Shown here: positions 13,245 to 21,669 of the stretch, piece after piece | Numbering within the stretch: the stretch's first letter is position 1 | Layout of the letters: each line of letters opens with the position of its first letter | Source: an uncultured Gemmatimonadales bacterium | Lineage (GTDB): Bacteria; Gemmatimonadota; Gemmatimonadetes; Gemmatimonadales; Gemmatimonadaceae | Assembly: GCA_963701965.1 (NCBI GenBank) | Contig: OY969695.1 | Span: forward strand, 4,384,001-4,448,000 | Reading direction: 5' to 3' | DNA: 64,000 bases | Position numbers and translations under genes: made by a program | The notes under the pieces: model-generated | Database searches by the model: none | Seen by the model: the letters and a program-made list of their open reading frames with translations, nothing else | Told to the model about the DNA's origin: nothing

Positions 13245-14798
13245 GTGACTGACTACGACCTGCTCGCGGAGTTCGGGCGGGTGGACGGACAGACGGTCTA
13301 CCTCGCGCGCGAGCGCGCCACCGGTGCGCTCGCCGTCGCCCGTAGACCGTCCGGTGCGTCCGCCTCTGCTCCGCTCACAGTGTCCCGCGTGCTGGATGGC
13401 ACCGTCCCCGCGGACGGCGCGGTGTGCCCGTCCTGCGTGGGTTCCCTCCGAACGTGGGGACGCTTCTGCCCATCATGCGGCCGGGAAGTCTTTGGCACGG
13501 CCCCGACGACTGGCGAGGCGCCCGGCGCCGCGGAGCTCTTGCAAGCCGTGCGCGATGCGGCCGCGGATCGGTTCGACGTTCTCGGCGCGCTCCCGCGGAG
13601 CGATGGCGGCGATACTATATATTTTGCCGTCGACCTGAATACGGCCGACGTGGTCGCCCTCCGGCTGGCGCGCGAAGGGGTCGAAGCGGATGGCACCCTC
13701 TCGTATTCGCTGGAGCTGCCGCTCACCCTGTCGCCCGTCGGCCCCACGGTCGCACCGCCGGCGCCGGCGCAGGCAGCGCCGCCGAAACCTCCGGCGCCCC
13801 CAGCTGCGCCGCCACCGGCGCCTCCTGCCGTCAACGACGACTCGTTCACGTCGATCTTCGCCGTCGATAGTCCTCGTTCCGCGCCGCCCCCCCGCTCCCC
13901 GTCGCCGCCACCGCCTCCCGTTCCCTCTGCGGCGTCGGCGACGGGGATGATGTTCGCACCCGCGGCCGCACCGCCGGCGCCACCGCCTCCGAAAGCCCCC
14001 GAGCCGGTGACGGTGCCCTCCCCCGACGTCCCACCCGCCGCGAAGCCGCGCTCGCCGGTCCCGCGCGCCGTCATCATCGGCGGTGGCCTCGTCATTGGCG
14101 TCATTGCCGCGGTACTCGTCGTTATGGCGCTCGAGCCCAAACGCGCGCCTTTGGTCGCGGTGGCCGATACCACCACGCCTCCTCCGGTGGTGCGCGACAC
14201 GACGACGCCCAAACCGGCTCCCGTCGTCGACACCACGCCGCGACCGCCCGTTGCTACGCCGGCGCCCGAGCCCAAGCGCCCCGAGCCCCCGAAACCGAAG
14301 CGTCGCGTCGCATCCGCCGACACCGCTGGCCTTGGCGACGCCATCGCGGTCTGTTCGTCCGCCTCCCTCCACAGTCAGTGGCAGACGGCGCGGCCGGCCT
14401 GCGAACGCGCCGCGGCTGCCGGCAACGCGGATGCCGAGCTCTCACTCGGCATGATGCTGTCCCAATCTGGCACCGGCGCACCGCGCAACATGCCGGAAGC
14501 GGTGACGTGGTTTCGCAAATCGGCGGAGCAGGGGAATGCCCGGGCCCGAAACTACCTTGGCTGGGCCTACGCCAATGGCGATGGCGTCGCGCGCGATGGC
14601 GCGCAGGCTTTGTTGCTCTTTCGTCAGAGCGCCGAAGCCGGCAACGCCCAGGGCGAATATGGTCTGGGGATGATGTACGCCAACGGCACCGGCACGATGC
14701 GGTCCGACAGCCTGGCGGTGCAGTGGTTCCGGCGCGCCGCCACCAACGGAGATGCCCTCGCCCGTGGTGAGCTTACCCGCCGCGGACTGACTCCCTGA
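13245..14798 (+). CDS. Membrane protein: kinase-N-lobe-like/zinc-ribbon N-terminal module, Pro-rich linker, one TM helix, C-terminal Sel1-like repeats
   Basis: GTG start at 13245 in frame with ORF 13116; CPSC..CPSC ribbon; TM AVIIGGGLVIGVIAAVLVVMAL; A...LG..Y..G.GV..D...A..WF..AA..G repeats. Confidence 0.8.
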   Translation: MTDYDLLAEFGRVDGQTVYLARERATGALAVARRPSGASASAPLTVSRVLDGTVPADGAVCPSCVGSLRTWGRFCPSCGREVFGTAPTTGEAPGAAELLQAVRDAAADRFDVLGALPRSDGGDTIYFAVDLNTADVVALRLAREGVEADGTLSYSLELPLTLSPVGPTVAPPAPAQAAPPKPPAPPAAPPPAPPAVNDDSFTSIFAVDSPRSAPPPRSPSPPPPPVPSAASATGMMFAPAAAPPAPPPPKAPEPVTVPSPDVPPAAKPRSPVPRAVIIGGGLVIGVIAAVLVVMALEPKRAPLVAVADTTTPPPVVRDTTTPKPAPVVDTTPRPPVATPAPEPKRPEPPKPKRRVASADTAGLGDAIAVCSSASLHSQWQTARPACERAAAAGNADAELSLGMMLSQSGTGAPRNMPEAVTWFRKSAEQGNARARNYLGWAYANGDGVARDGAQALLLFRQSAEAGNAQGEYGLGMMYANGTGTMRSDSLAVQWFRRAATNGDALARGELTRRGLTP

Positions 14799-15348
14799 CG
14801 CCTCCGATGGCCGTCACTCCGCCCGAGACGATAAACGCCATGACATCGGCGCTCGGCGTCGTCAGGTGGATCACATCCGCCGCCGGATAGATGTACAGCC
14901 GCCCGGACAGGCTGTACGAGAACGGCAAGTACACGGTGACGTGATCCGCCAATCCGAGCCCGGACAACGACTCCTGCGTGACGAACCCCAGCGCCCGCGC
15001 CGACAATGGGCCCTCCGGCGCCGGCACCAGCACGGGGGCATCGAACCGTCGCTTCTCGCCGACGAACGCGTTGAGCAGGTCTTTGGTCGACGTGTAGAGC
15101 AGCCGCACGAACGGCAGCCGCTCGATCGCCCCGTCGAGCGTATTGAGCAACCCCTTCGTCAGCAGCGTCGATCCCAGAAACCCGACCAGCGTGATCAGGG
15201 CCAGGGTGAGCACGAACCCCAGTCCCGGAATCGACAGCTGCAGCAGTCCGTCGATCGCCGTGAAGATACGAACGCACACGTAGACTGTGACCGCGATCGG
15301 GGCGACGAAGGCCAGCCCGCGCAGGAAGTACGAGACGAGTCGGCGCAT
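14773..15348 (-). CDS. DUF502-family membrane protein
   Basis: Start MRRLVSYFLRGL; PIAVTVY, RLPFVRLLY...K, LGFVT, VYLP, FIVSGG pattern. Confidence 0.8.
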   Translation of the reverse strand: MRRLVSYFLRGLAFVAPIAVTVYVCVRIFTAIDGLLQLSIPGLGFVLTLALITLVGFLGSTLLTKGLLNTLDGAIERLPFVRLLYTSTKDLLNAFVGEKRRFDAPVLVPAPEGPLSARALGFVTQESLSGLGLADHVTVYLPFSYSLSGRLYIYPAADVIHLTTPSADVMAFIVSGGVTAIGGVRESVRGG

Positions 15349-16444
15349 GCGTGAATCTAGCGAGCCGTCGGTCGGGTTTGCGATTGCGTTGATGTTGGCG
15401 GCGAGCCTCCTCGCCGCCTGCGCCCCCGGTCCGTTCCGGTACGTGGACGTCGTCCAGAGCTTTCCCGACATGAACAGCTATGGGGCCGCGATGGACGCGG
15501 TCCGCCACTGGCAGCTCGAACGCGCGGCCGCGCGCCAGTTCTGGGGATTCGCCTACGCCGGCGCGCTGGTCTCGCTCCTCCTGCCGTCGTCCGTCCCTTC
15601 CCTCATCGTGTTGATCGCCGTTTCGGCGGTCGCCGCCTGCATCGCCACGGCACTGGCCCACCACCTATGGGGCGGATGGATTGCCGCCGGCATGGCGGCC
15701 GTCGGCTGGCCCTGGATCCAACGCGTGGCCTTTGGCGGGGCCGAGCCACTCTTTCTCGCGCTGGTGCTGGCGGCATTGGCCGCCGCCCGGCGCGAGTGGT
15801 GGGTGCGCGCCGCGTTGGCCGCGGCGTTGGCGACGACCGTCCGCCCCGTCGGCGTGTTCGCGCTGGCCGCCGTACTCGCCGTCGCGGTACGGCGACATCC
15901 CCGGTCCGCCCTCGCCGGCGCCGGCGTCTCCCTGCTCGTTCTGGTCCTCTATTGCGTCCCCGTCGCCATCGGAACGGGTGATCCGCTGGCCAACGTGCAT
16001 TGGTACATGCCACAAATGACCAACGGGTTGCCAGTCGGGATACCGTTCGTCGGTCTCTGGCGCGGGACGCGAACGAACCAGGTGAGCGTGCTTCGCAATA
16101 TTGAGATGCTAACCGCGGTCGGCGTCGTCCTGGCACCGGTTGCCGTGTGGGTGCTCTCGGCGCGTTGCCGGGTCGCCGCCGCCCGGTACCCGGCCGAGAC
16201 GATCTTTGCGCTCGCCTATTCGGGATTTCTCGTCACGCTCAACTGCCCTCCCTGCGCGTGGTTCTTCCCCAGATTCGCCATCATCTCGCTCCCGTTCGCG
16301 TTGCTCACCGTCCGGCGCTGGTTGCCCCGGGACGACCGCGTGTTGGCCGGAGCGGCCGTCATTTCCGCGCTCATCGCCGCGGCGACGCAGATCAATATGC
16401 GCGATCCAGGTACGAGCCTTTTACACCTGTTCGTCCATTTATAG
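15347..16444 (+). CDS. Polytopic membrane protein, probable GT-C fold (mannosyltransferase-like) glycosyltransferase; start uncertain
   Basis: Many hydrophobic helices; AEPLFLAL, ALATTVRPVG and late PRF motifs resemble GT-C enzymes. Confidence 0.55.
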   Translation: MRESSEPSVGFAIALMLAASLLAACAPGPFRYVDVVQSFPDMNSYGAAMDAVRHWQLERAAARQFWGFAYAGALVSLLLPSSVPSLIVLIAVSAVAACIATALAHHLWGGWIAAGMAAVGWPWIQRVAFGGAEPLFLALVLAALAAARREWWVRAALAAALATTVRPVGVFALAAVLAVAVRRHPRSALAGAGVSLLVLVLYCVPVAIGTGDPLANVHWYMPQMTNGLPVGIPFVGLWRGTRTNQVSVLRNIEMLTAVGVVLAPVAVWVLSARCRVAAARYPAETIFALAYSGFLVTLNCPPCAWFFPRFAIISLPFALLTVRRWLPRDDRVLAGAAVISALIAAATQINMRDPGTSLLHLFVHL

Positions 16445-16472
16445 TTGACTTCGGTTTCAGGCCAGATACATT
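16445..16472 (+). promoter_or_regulatory. Putative sigma70 promoter (TTGACT-16 nt-TACATT) for the CsgG-like/beta-barrel/RCC1 operon
   Basis: Hexamers at 16445-16450 and 16467-16472; GGAGG at 16493-16497. Confidence 0.55.
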
Positions 16473-16502
16473 GCCGCGGGCTGTCCCATACGGGAGGCGT
16501 GT

Positions 16503-17435
16503 CTGAAGCACAGAGCTGGCTGGAGTGTCGCGTGCGTGGCGCTGGCCTGGGCTGCCGCTGCTTGTCACCCGACAACGAGTGCCGTACCTGCGCGTGCCGC
16601 GGCTGATAGCGCGGCGCGGCGGGCCATTGCCAACGAGCGTGGCATTGATGTCCGCGCGCTTCCCGAACGCTCGATCGGCGTCGCCCCGTTGGCCGCCGAT
16701 ACGAACGACCGGATCGTCGGGCCGCTCGCCTACGCGTTGCCCGATCTCCTGATGGCCGACCTGGCGCAGAGTCACCAGGTTGTCGTGGTCGATCGCATCC
16801 GGCTCGACGCGATGCTGCGCGAGTTGAAGCTCGTCTCCTCGGGGCGCGTCGATACCGCGACGGCGCCGCGGGTCGGGCGTCTCGTGCAGGCGCGCCGGCT
16901 CGTCGTCGGGCGCCTGACGTCGTCGGGCGAAGGGAAGCAAATCAACATGGACATTCGGGTGGCCGATGTCGCGTCGTCGCAGATGGCGGGCGGGGTGTCG
17001 GCGCGCGCGCCGGCCGCCGATGTGATTGCCGCCGAGAAGGCCCTCGCCTTCCGGCTGTTCGATGTCCTCGGGGTCACGTTGACGCCCGTCGAGCGCACCG
17101 CGGTCGAGCAGCGGCCGACGAAGCACCTGTCGGCGCTCCTGGCCTACGGGCGTGGCGTGCGCGATGAGGCGGCGGGGCAATACGGCGACGCCGAGCGCGA
17201 ATACGCCGCGGCCGCGAGCATCGACCCCTCCTTCTCGCAAGCGCGGACCCGGTTCAACGCCACGCGACAGGTCAATGGCAATCAAGGCTCGCTCATGAGG
17301 GCGTCCTTCACGGCGGCCGATGCCGTGAACCCGAATCTCACGGACCCCGCCAGCGTATCGCGCATCGGCGGGTCGGCCGATCCGTCGTTCCCCCAACCGG
17401 TGACCGTCATTCTGACGATCACCAACGTGCCGTGA
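16503..17435 (+). CDS. CsgG/HfaB (TolB-N-like) domain lipoprotein with TPR; start either CTG 16503 or GTG 16536
   Basis: Lipobox AAAC; SIGVAPL..DLL..DL...VVVVDR..LDA.L.EL.L...G.VD..TA.RVG.L..AR.LVVG; TPR-like ALLAY.RG....G.Y..A...Y..A..IDP.F..A. Confidence 0.72.
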   Translation: MKHRAGWSVACVALAWAAAACHPTTSAVPARAAADSAARRAIANERGIDVRALPERSIGVAPLAADTNDRIVGPLAYALPDLLMADLAQSHQVVVVDRIRLDAMLRELKLVSSGRVDTATAPRVGRLVQARRLVVGRLTSSGEGKQINMDIRVADVASSQMAGGVSARAPAADVIAAEKALAFRLFDVLGVTLTPVERTAVEQRPTKHLSALLAYGRGVRDEAAGQYGDAEREYAAAASIDPSFSQARTRFNATRQVNGNQGSLMRASFTAADAVNPNLTDPASVSRIGGSADPSFPQPVTVILTITNVP

Positions 17436-18634
17436 TGCGGCACCGGTCTCTGGTCCTCGCCCTGCTCACGGTTCCCGGCATCGCCCGGGCCCAGGAGCGG
17501 CTGACGGGCATCACGAACAGCGACCTCACGCCGACGTTCAGCTACTGGACCTTCGGCGCGGGCGCGGTCCAGCCGGACGCCCTGGGTGGCGACAGCGTGC
17601 GCGTCTCGCACGTCTGGCAGTTCGCGGTCCCCATCGCGGTCGCGGTGCCGATCGGCGATCGCATCGTCATTGACGCGAGTGGCGCTTGGCAGACCGGTGA
17701 GGTCGAACTGGCCGGTGCCGACACGGCCCTGCACACGACCCACTACACCCTGAGCGGGCTCACCGACATCAAGCTGCGCATGGTCGCCCGGCTCGCCGGC
17801 GACAATGTCCTGCTCACCCTCGGCGTCAATGCTCCGACGGGGACGACGTCCCTCAACGCCCAACAGTACAAAGCGCTCCGGGTTCTCGCCGCGCCAGCGC
17901 TCGAGCTTCCCAACTCCACTCTGGGCACGGGTGCGGGCGGGACAGCCGGGATCGTGTTCGCGCGCCACATCGCGGGATGGTCGTGGGCCGTCAGTGGCGG
18001 GTACGAGATCCACGGCAGCTACGTCCCGATCCAGGCATACGCCGCCTTTGCCCAGGCGCCCGACTACCAGCCGGGCAACACGGCGCACTTTCAGCTGGGC
18101 ACCGACGGCTATATCGGATCGAGCAACATGACGATCAGCGTGGCCGCCAACGTCTATGCGCACGACAAGCTGACCAGCGTGGATTCGTCCGGCGCCAAGT
18201 TTTTGACCAACGTCTATCTCGGCCCCAGCTTCGAGGCCAACTGGCAGTGGCAGTTCGCGGCGCCCGGATTCCGCGAGTTGAGCCTCTACGCCCTCGACCG
18301 CTATCGGACGCGCTACAACGAGGGTGGTCCCTCGATCGCCGGTACCGACGGCAACTATCTCGACGCCGGGATCCATGCCGCCGTGCCGCTGGGCGAGTCG
18401 ACGAGCGGCGTCGCGACGCTGGGTCTCGTCCAACAGACCGGACTCTCCATCGACCATTCGTTCGCGACCGCGGGCATCACCGCCGGGGCGCTGACCCTCG
18501 GGATCGCGCAGGACTTCGGGATGTATCGGCTGGAGCCGTTCGTCCGCGGCGAATTCGGCACCCTCGATCTCGGCACCCACTCGCCCTCGGCCGCTTCACT
18601 GGCCGCGGGTCTCACGTTCCGTCTTCGTATCTGA
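17432..18634 (+). CDS. Secreted protein, probable outer-membrane beta-barrel
   Basis: Signal peptide ending ARA-Q; alternating amphipathic strands rich in aromatic residues; GLTDIKLR and GVNAPTG motifs; C-terminal strand AGLTFRLRI; GTGA-coupled to the upstream gene. Confidence 0.65.
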   Translation: MMRHRSLVLALLTVPGIARAQERLTGITNSDLTPTFSYWTFGAGAVQPDALGGDSVRVSHVWQFAVPIAVAVPIGDRIVIDASGAWQTGEVELAGADTALHTTHYTLSGLTDIKLRMVARLAGDNVLLTLGVNAPTGTTSLNAQQYKALRVLAAPALELPNSTLGTGAGGTAGIVFARHIAGWSWAVSGGYEIHGSYVPIQAYAAFAQAPDYQPGNTAHFQLGTDGYIGSSNMTISVAANVYAHDKLTSVDSSGAKFLTNVYLGPSFEANWQWQFAAPGFRELSLYALDRYRTRYNEGGPSIAGTDGNYLDAGIHAAVPLGESTSGVATLGLVQQTGLSIDHSFATAGITAGALTLGIAQDFGMYRLEPFVRGEFGTLDLGTHSPSAASLAAGLTFRLRI

Positions 18635-18642
18635 GCGGATCG

Positions 18643-21600
18643 ATGCCCTCCCGATGGCGGGCACCGGCGGCGCTTTTAGCGCTGGCGCTCATGTTCGCCT
18701 GTCTCAAGGGACGGGGCCCCACGGACGCCGGGGCCAGCGACGTGCGGTTCTCATTGCACACGCAGGTGACGTCGACGGCGGGATCCGACCTGCACGTGCG
18801 GGTCGTGTATCTCGATCAGCCGGCCACGGGAGCCACGACGCCGGTGCCGGTGAATCTCGTGGACCAGCGGTTTCCGGTGACGACGGGCACGACGCGGCTG
18901 CCGCTGACGGTGGATTTGTCGCGATGCCTCGCCGATCCGCGCCGCTTGGTGCCGGGCACGCTGTGCCAGCTGATCGTGTCGATCGCGTTGGAGCAAAACG
19001 GGGTCGCGGTGGACAGCACGACGCTGCCGCCGGTCGCGGTGGTGCCGGGACAGGTGATCGACGACACGACGTCGGTCAGCGCGGTGGGCCAGGTGAAGGT
19101 GGTGCCCGCGGAGACGAGTGTCGCCGTGGGCGGGACCGTGCAGTTGTCGGACACGGTGTTCGACATCAACAACGTGGCGCTGCCGGGTCACGCGGTGACG
19201 TGGGCGAGCGCCGCCGACACGGTGGCGACGGTGAACGCGACGGGCCTGGTCACGGGGGTGCGGGCCGGCACGACGCAGATCACGGCCAGCGCCGGCGGAC
19301 AGGTGGGCACGGCGCTGCTGACGGTGACGCCGGGGGCGACCGGGGGCGGGGGACTGACGCTGCAGATCGGCACGGTCTCGTTCTCGGCGCCGGCCGGGGG
19401 CACGCTGCCAGCGAACGGGTTCATCGGGGTCACGTCGAGCGATACGACGACGGTGGGCGGTCTGACGGCGACCGTGACGTACGGCGCGGGGGCCACGGGG
19501 TGGCTGTCGGCCAATGTCAGCGATAGTGCGTTCGGGAGCGTGGCGACGAAGCCCAAGCCGGGCCTCGGCATGCCGGGCCTCGCTATGTCGGGCCTCGCCA
19601 TGTCGGGCCGGAGGGCGGCGACGACGCGGGCGCGGGGCGCGGTGCACGCGCTGGCCGGAAGTAACGTCACGACGCCGGCGACGCTGGACGTGGTGCCGAA
19701 CACGACGGGTCTCGCGGTGGGGACGTACACGGCGACGGTGACGGTGAGCGGGAGCGGCGGGCAAACGGCGACGCTCAATGTGTCCTACGCCATCAGCTCG
19801 GGCGCTGTCATTGCCGTGACTCCGAACGCGGTGGTGGACACCGCCGTGCAGGCCGGCGCGGCCGTCACCAAGAAGGTCGTCGTCACGAACATCGGCACCG
19901 GGTCGCTGAGCGGACTGTCGACGAGTGTGACGTACGGCGCGGGGGCGACGGGTTGGCTCGGCGTCGCGCAGAGCGGGACATCGGCGCCGGATACGCTCAC
20001 GCTGACGGCAACGCCCGGCACCAACGCGCCGGGCACATACTCGGCGCAAGTCACCGTGGCGTCGTCCGTGACGGGCGTCCCGCCCGTGAGCTTCGCCGTG
20101 CAGCTCCAGCTGACGCCAGGGACGAATCTCGGGCTCTCGCCCGCGGCTGTCACGTTCAATGTGTACTCGTTCGGCGGCACGCCGATCACGTCGCAAACCG
20201 TCACCGCGATCAACACCGGCATCGGTACGCTCGGCACGGTATCACAGGCTGACACCATCTCGTATGCGGGGAACACGGGCACCTTCGCGATTGGCTGGCT
20301 CGGTATCGGTGTCAGCGGCACGGCCATCACGCTCTCGATTCCGTCGACGACGCTGACGTTGGGGACGCTGACGGCGACGGTGCCCTTCGCGGCGACGAAC
20401 GCACTCAACAATCCGCAGACGCTGTCGGTTACCACCAACGTCTACGTCACCTTCACCAAGATCGCGGCGGGCTCCGAGTTCGCGTGCGGCCTCACCACAA
20501 TCGGGACGGTGCTGTGTTGGGGCGACAATACCTACGGACAGCTCGGGCAACAGAATCTGATATTGCCCAAGCTGTCGGTCGCCATTCAAACATTCCTACC
20601 GGTCGATTTCTCGAACCCGGTGGTCGACATTGAGACCGGTGGCTTCCACGCCTGCGCGCTCTTCCAATCGGGTGCCGTGTGGTGTTGGGGCAGGAACGAT
20701 CACGGTCAATTGGGCCTCGGGAACACGACGAGTCCCAATCCCGCGCCCACGCAGATCGCCGGGACCTGGTCGGCCATCGCCCTCGGCATGCAGCATACCT
20801 GCGCCATCCAGTCTGGGACGTTGCCGAACTACGTCGACTGCTGGGGTGACAACAGTGACGGACAACTCGGTCTCGGGGGCACGGTCAGCACGACGCCCGT
20901 GACCACGCCAACACAGACCACGGCCGGTCCGCTGGCGACGATAGCCGCCGGGGCGTTCCATACTTGTGGTGTCACCAGTACCACGGGTGGCAACATCGAG
21001 TGTTGGGGCGATAACACCTACGGCCAACTCGGTAACACGACGGTCGGCGGCAATTCGACGAATCCGGGTATCGCCATCCTGGACCCTCAAGGTATCCCGC
21101 CAAAGCAGGTGAGCGCCGGCACGTTCAATACGTGCGCCTTGGACGTGGCAGGCAACGGCTATTGCTGGGGTGACAATACGTACGGGCAGCTCGCCAATGG
21201 CACCACCGGTACGCCGGTCGGTCAGCCCGTGCTGCTGCCGGTGGCGAACTTCTCTTCCATCAGCAATGGATACGCGACCGTATGCGGCATCGCCGCGAAC
21301 GGGACGTATTGCTGGGGCAACGGCAGCAACGGACGCCTGGGCAACGGCACACTCGGCGTCAACGCGCTGGCGCCGACGTTGGTGACTGGAGGAACGGCTG
21401 GGAACTTCACCCAGATCGTCTCGTCGGCCACGGGATTTTATGGCTGCTTCATTAGCGGTGTCGTCGTGTCGTGCTTCGGATCCGACAATGCCGGGCAACT
21501 TGGCAACAACGACAACTCGGGAACGAGCTTCGCGACTCCTGTGCCGATGCTCGGTCAACCCGCGCCGGCCGGTGTCACGCCATCGCGCACGGGTCCCCGC

Positions 21601-21669
21601 ATCACGCCGCGCCGGACGCCGGTGCACGCCCAAGCCCGACCCCAGACACCTCTGGTAAAACGTCGATGA
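18643..21669 (+). CDS. Large lipoprotein A: N-terminal domain + Ig-like (Big_2) + 3 BACON-like repeats + 7 RCC1-like repeats
   Basis: Start MPSRW...LMFAC; VTWAS..TVATV...GLVTGV..GT..ITA (Big_2); TYGAGATGWL repeats; seven C(W/F)G.N..GQLG blades. Confidence 0.85.
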   Translation: MPSRWRAPAALLALALMFACLKGRGPTDAGASDVRFSLHTQVTSTAGSDLHVRVVYLDQPATGATTPVPVNLVDQRFPVTTGTTRLPLTVDLSRCLADPRRLVPGTLCQLIVSIALEQNGVAVDSTTLPPVAVVPGQVIDDTTSVSAVGQVKVVPAETSVAVGGTVQLSDTVFDINNVALPGHAVTWASAADTVATVNATGLVTGVRAGTTQITASAGGQVGTALLTVTPGATGGGGLTLQIGTVSFSAPAGGTLPANGFIGVTSSDTTTVGGLTATVTYGAGATGWLSANVSDSAFGSVATKPKPGLGMPGLAMSGLAMSGRRAATTRARGAVHALAGSNVTTPATLDVVPNTTGLAVGTYTATVTVSGSGGQTATLNVSYAISSGAVIAVTPNAVVDTAVQAGAAVTKKVVVTNIGTGSLSGLSTSVTYGAGATGWLGVAQSGTSAPDTLTLTATPGTNAPGTYSAQVTVASSVTGVPPVSFAVQLQLTPGTNLGLSPAAVTFNVYSFGGTPITSQTVTAINTGIGTLGTVSQADTISYAGNTGTFAIGWLGIGVSGTAITLSIPSTTLTLGTLTATVPFAATNALNNPQTLSVTTNVYVTFTKIAAGSEFACGLTTIGTVLCWGDNTYGQLGQQNLILPKLSVAIQTFLPVDFSNPVVDIETGGFHACALFQSGAVWCWGRNDHGQLGLGNTTSPNPAPTQIAGTWSAIALGMQHTCAIQSGTLPNYVDCWGDNSDGQLGLGGTVSTTPVTTPTQTTAGPLATIAAGAFHTCGVTSTTGGNIECWGDNTYGQLGNTTVGGNSTNPGIAILDPQGIPPKQVSAGTFNTCALDVAGNGYCWGDNTYGQLANGTTGTPVGQPVLLPVANFSSISNGYATVCGIAANGTYCWGNGSNGRLGNGTLGVNALAPTLVTGGTAGNFTQIVSSATGFYGCFISGVVVSCFGSDNAGQLGNNDNSGTSFATPVPMLGQPAPAGVTPSRTGPRITPRRTPVHAQARPQTPLVKRR
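18679..19796 (+). repeat. Copy 1 of a ~1.1 kb near-identical direct repeat (5' part of lipoprotein A)
   Basis: Matches 21705..22804 apart from scattered substitutions and one variable linker. Confidence 0.95.

Noticed and set aside
16503..17435. Curli biogenesis operon
   Set aside because: Only a CsgG-like domain; no curlin repeats or CsgE/F
17977..18642. Upstream extensions in the ORF track (e.g. 17977, 21471, 7424..9082, 28068..29273, 38892, 40212, 47421, 57970, 62248..63639) suggesting fusions
   Set aside because: Extensions overlap other real genes; true starts are given by signal peptides, stop/start overlaps and family N-termini
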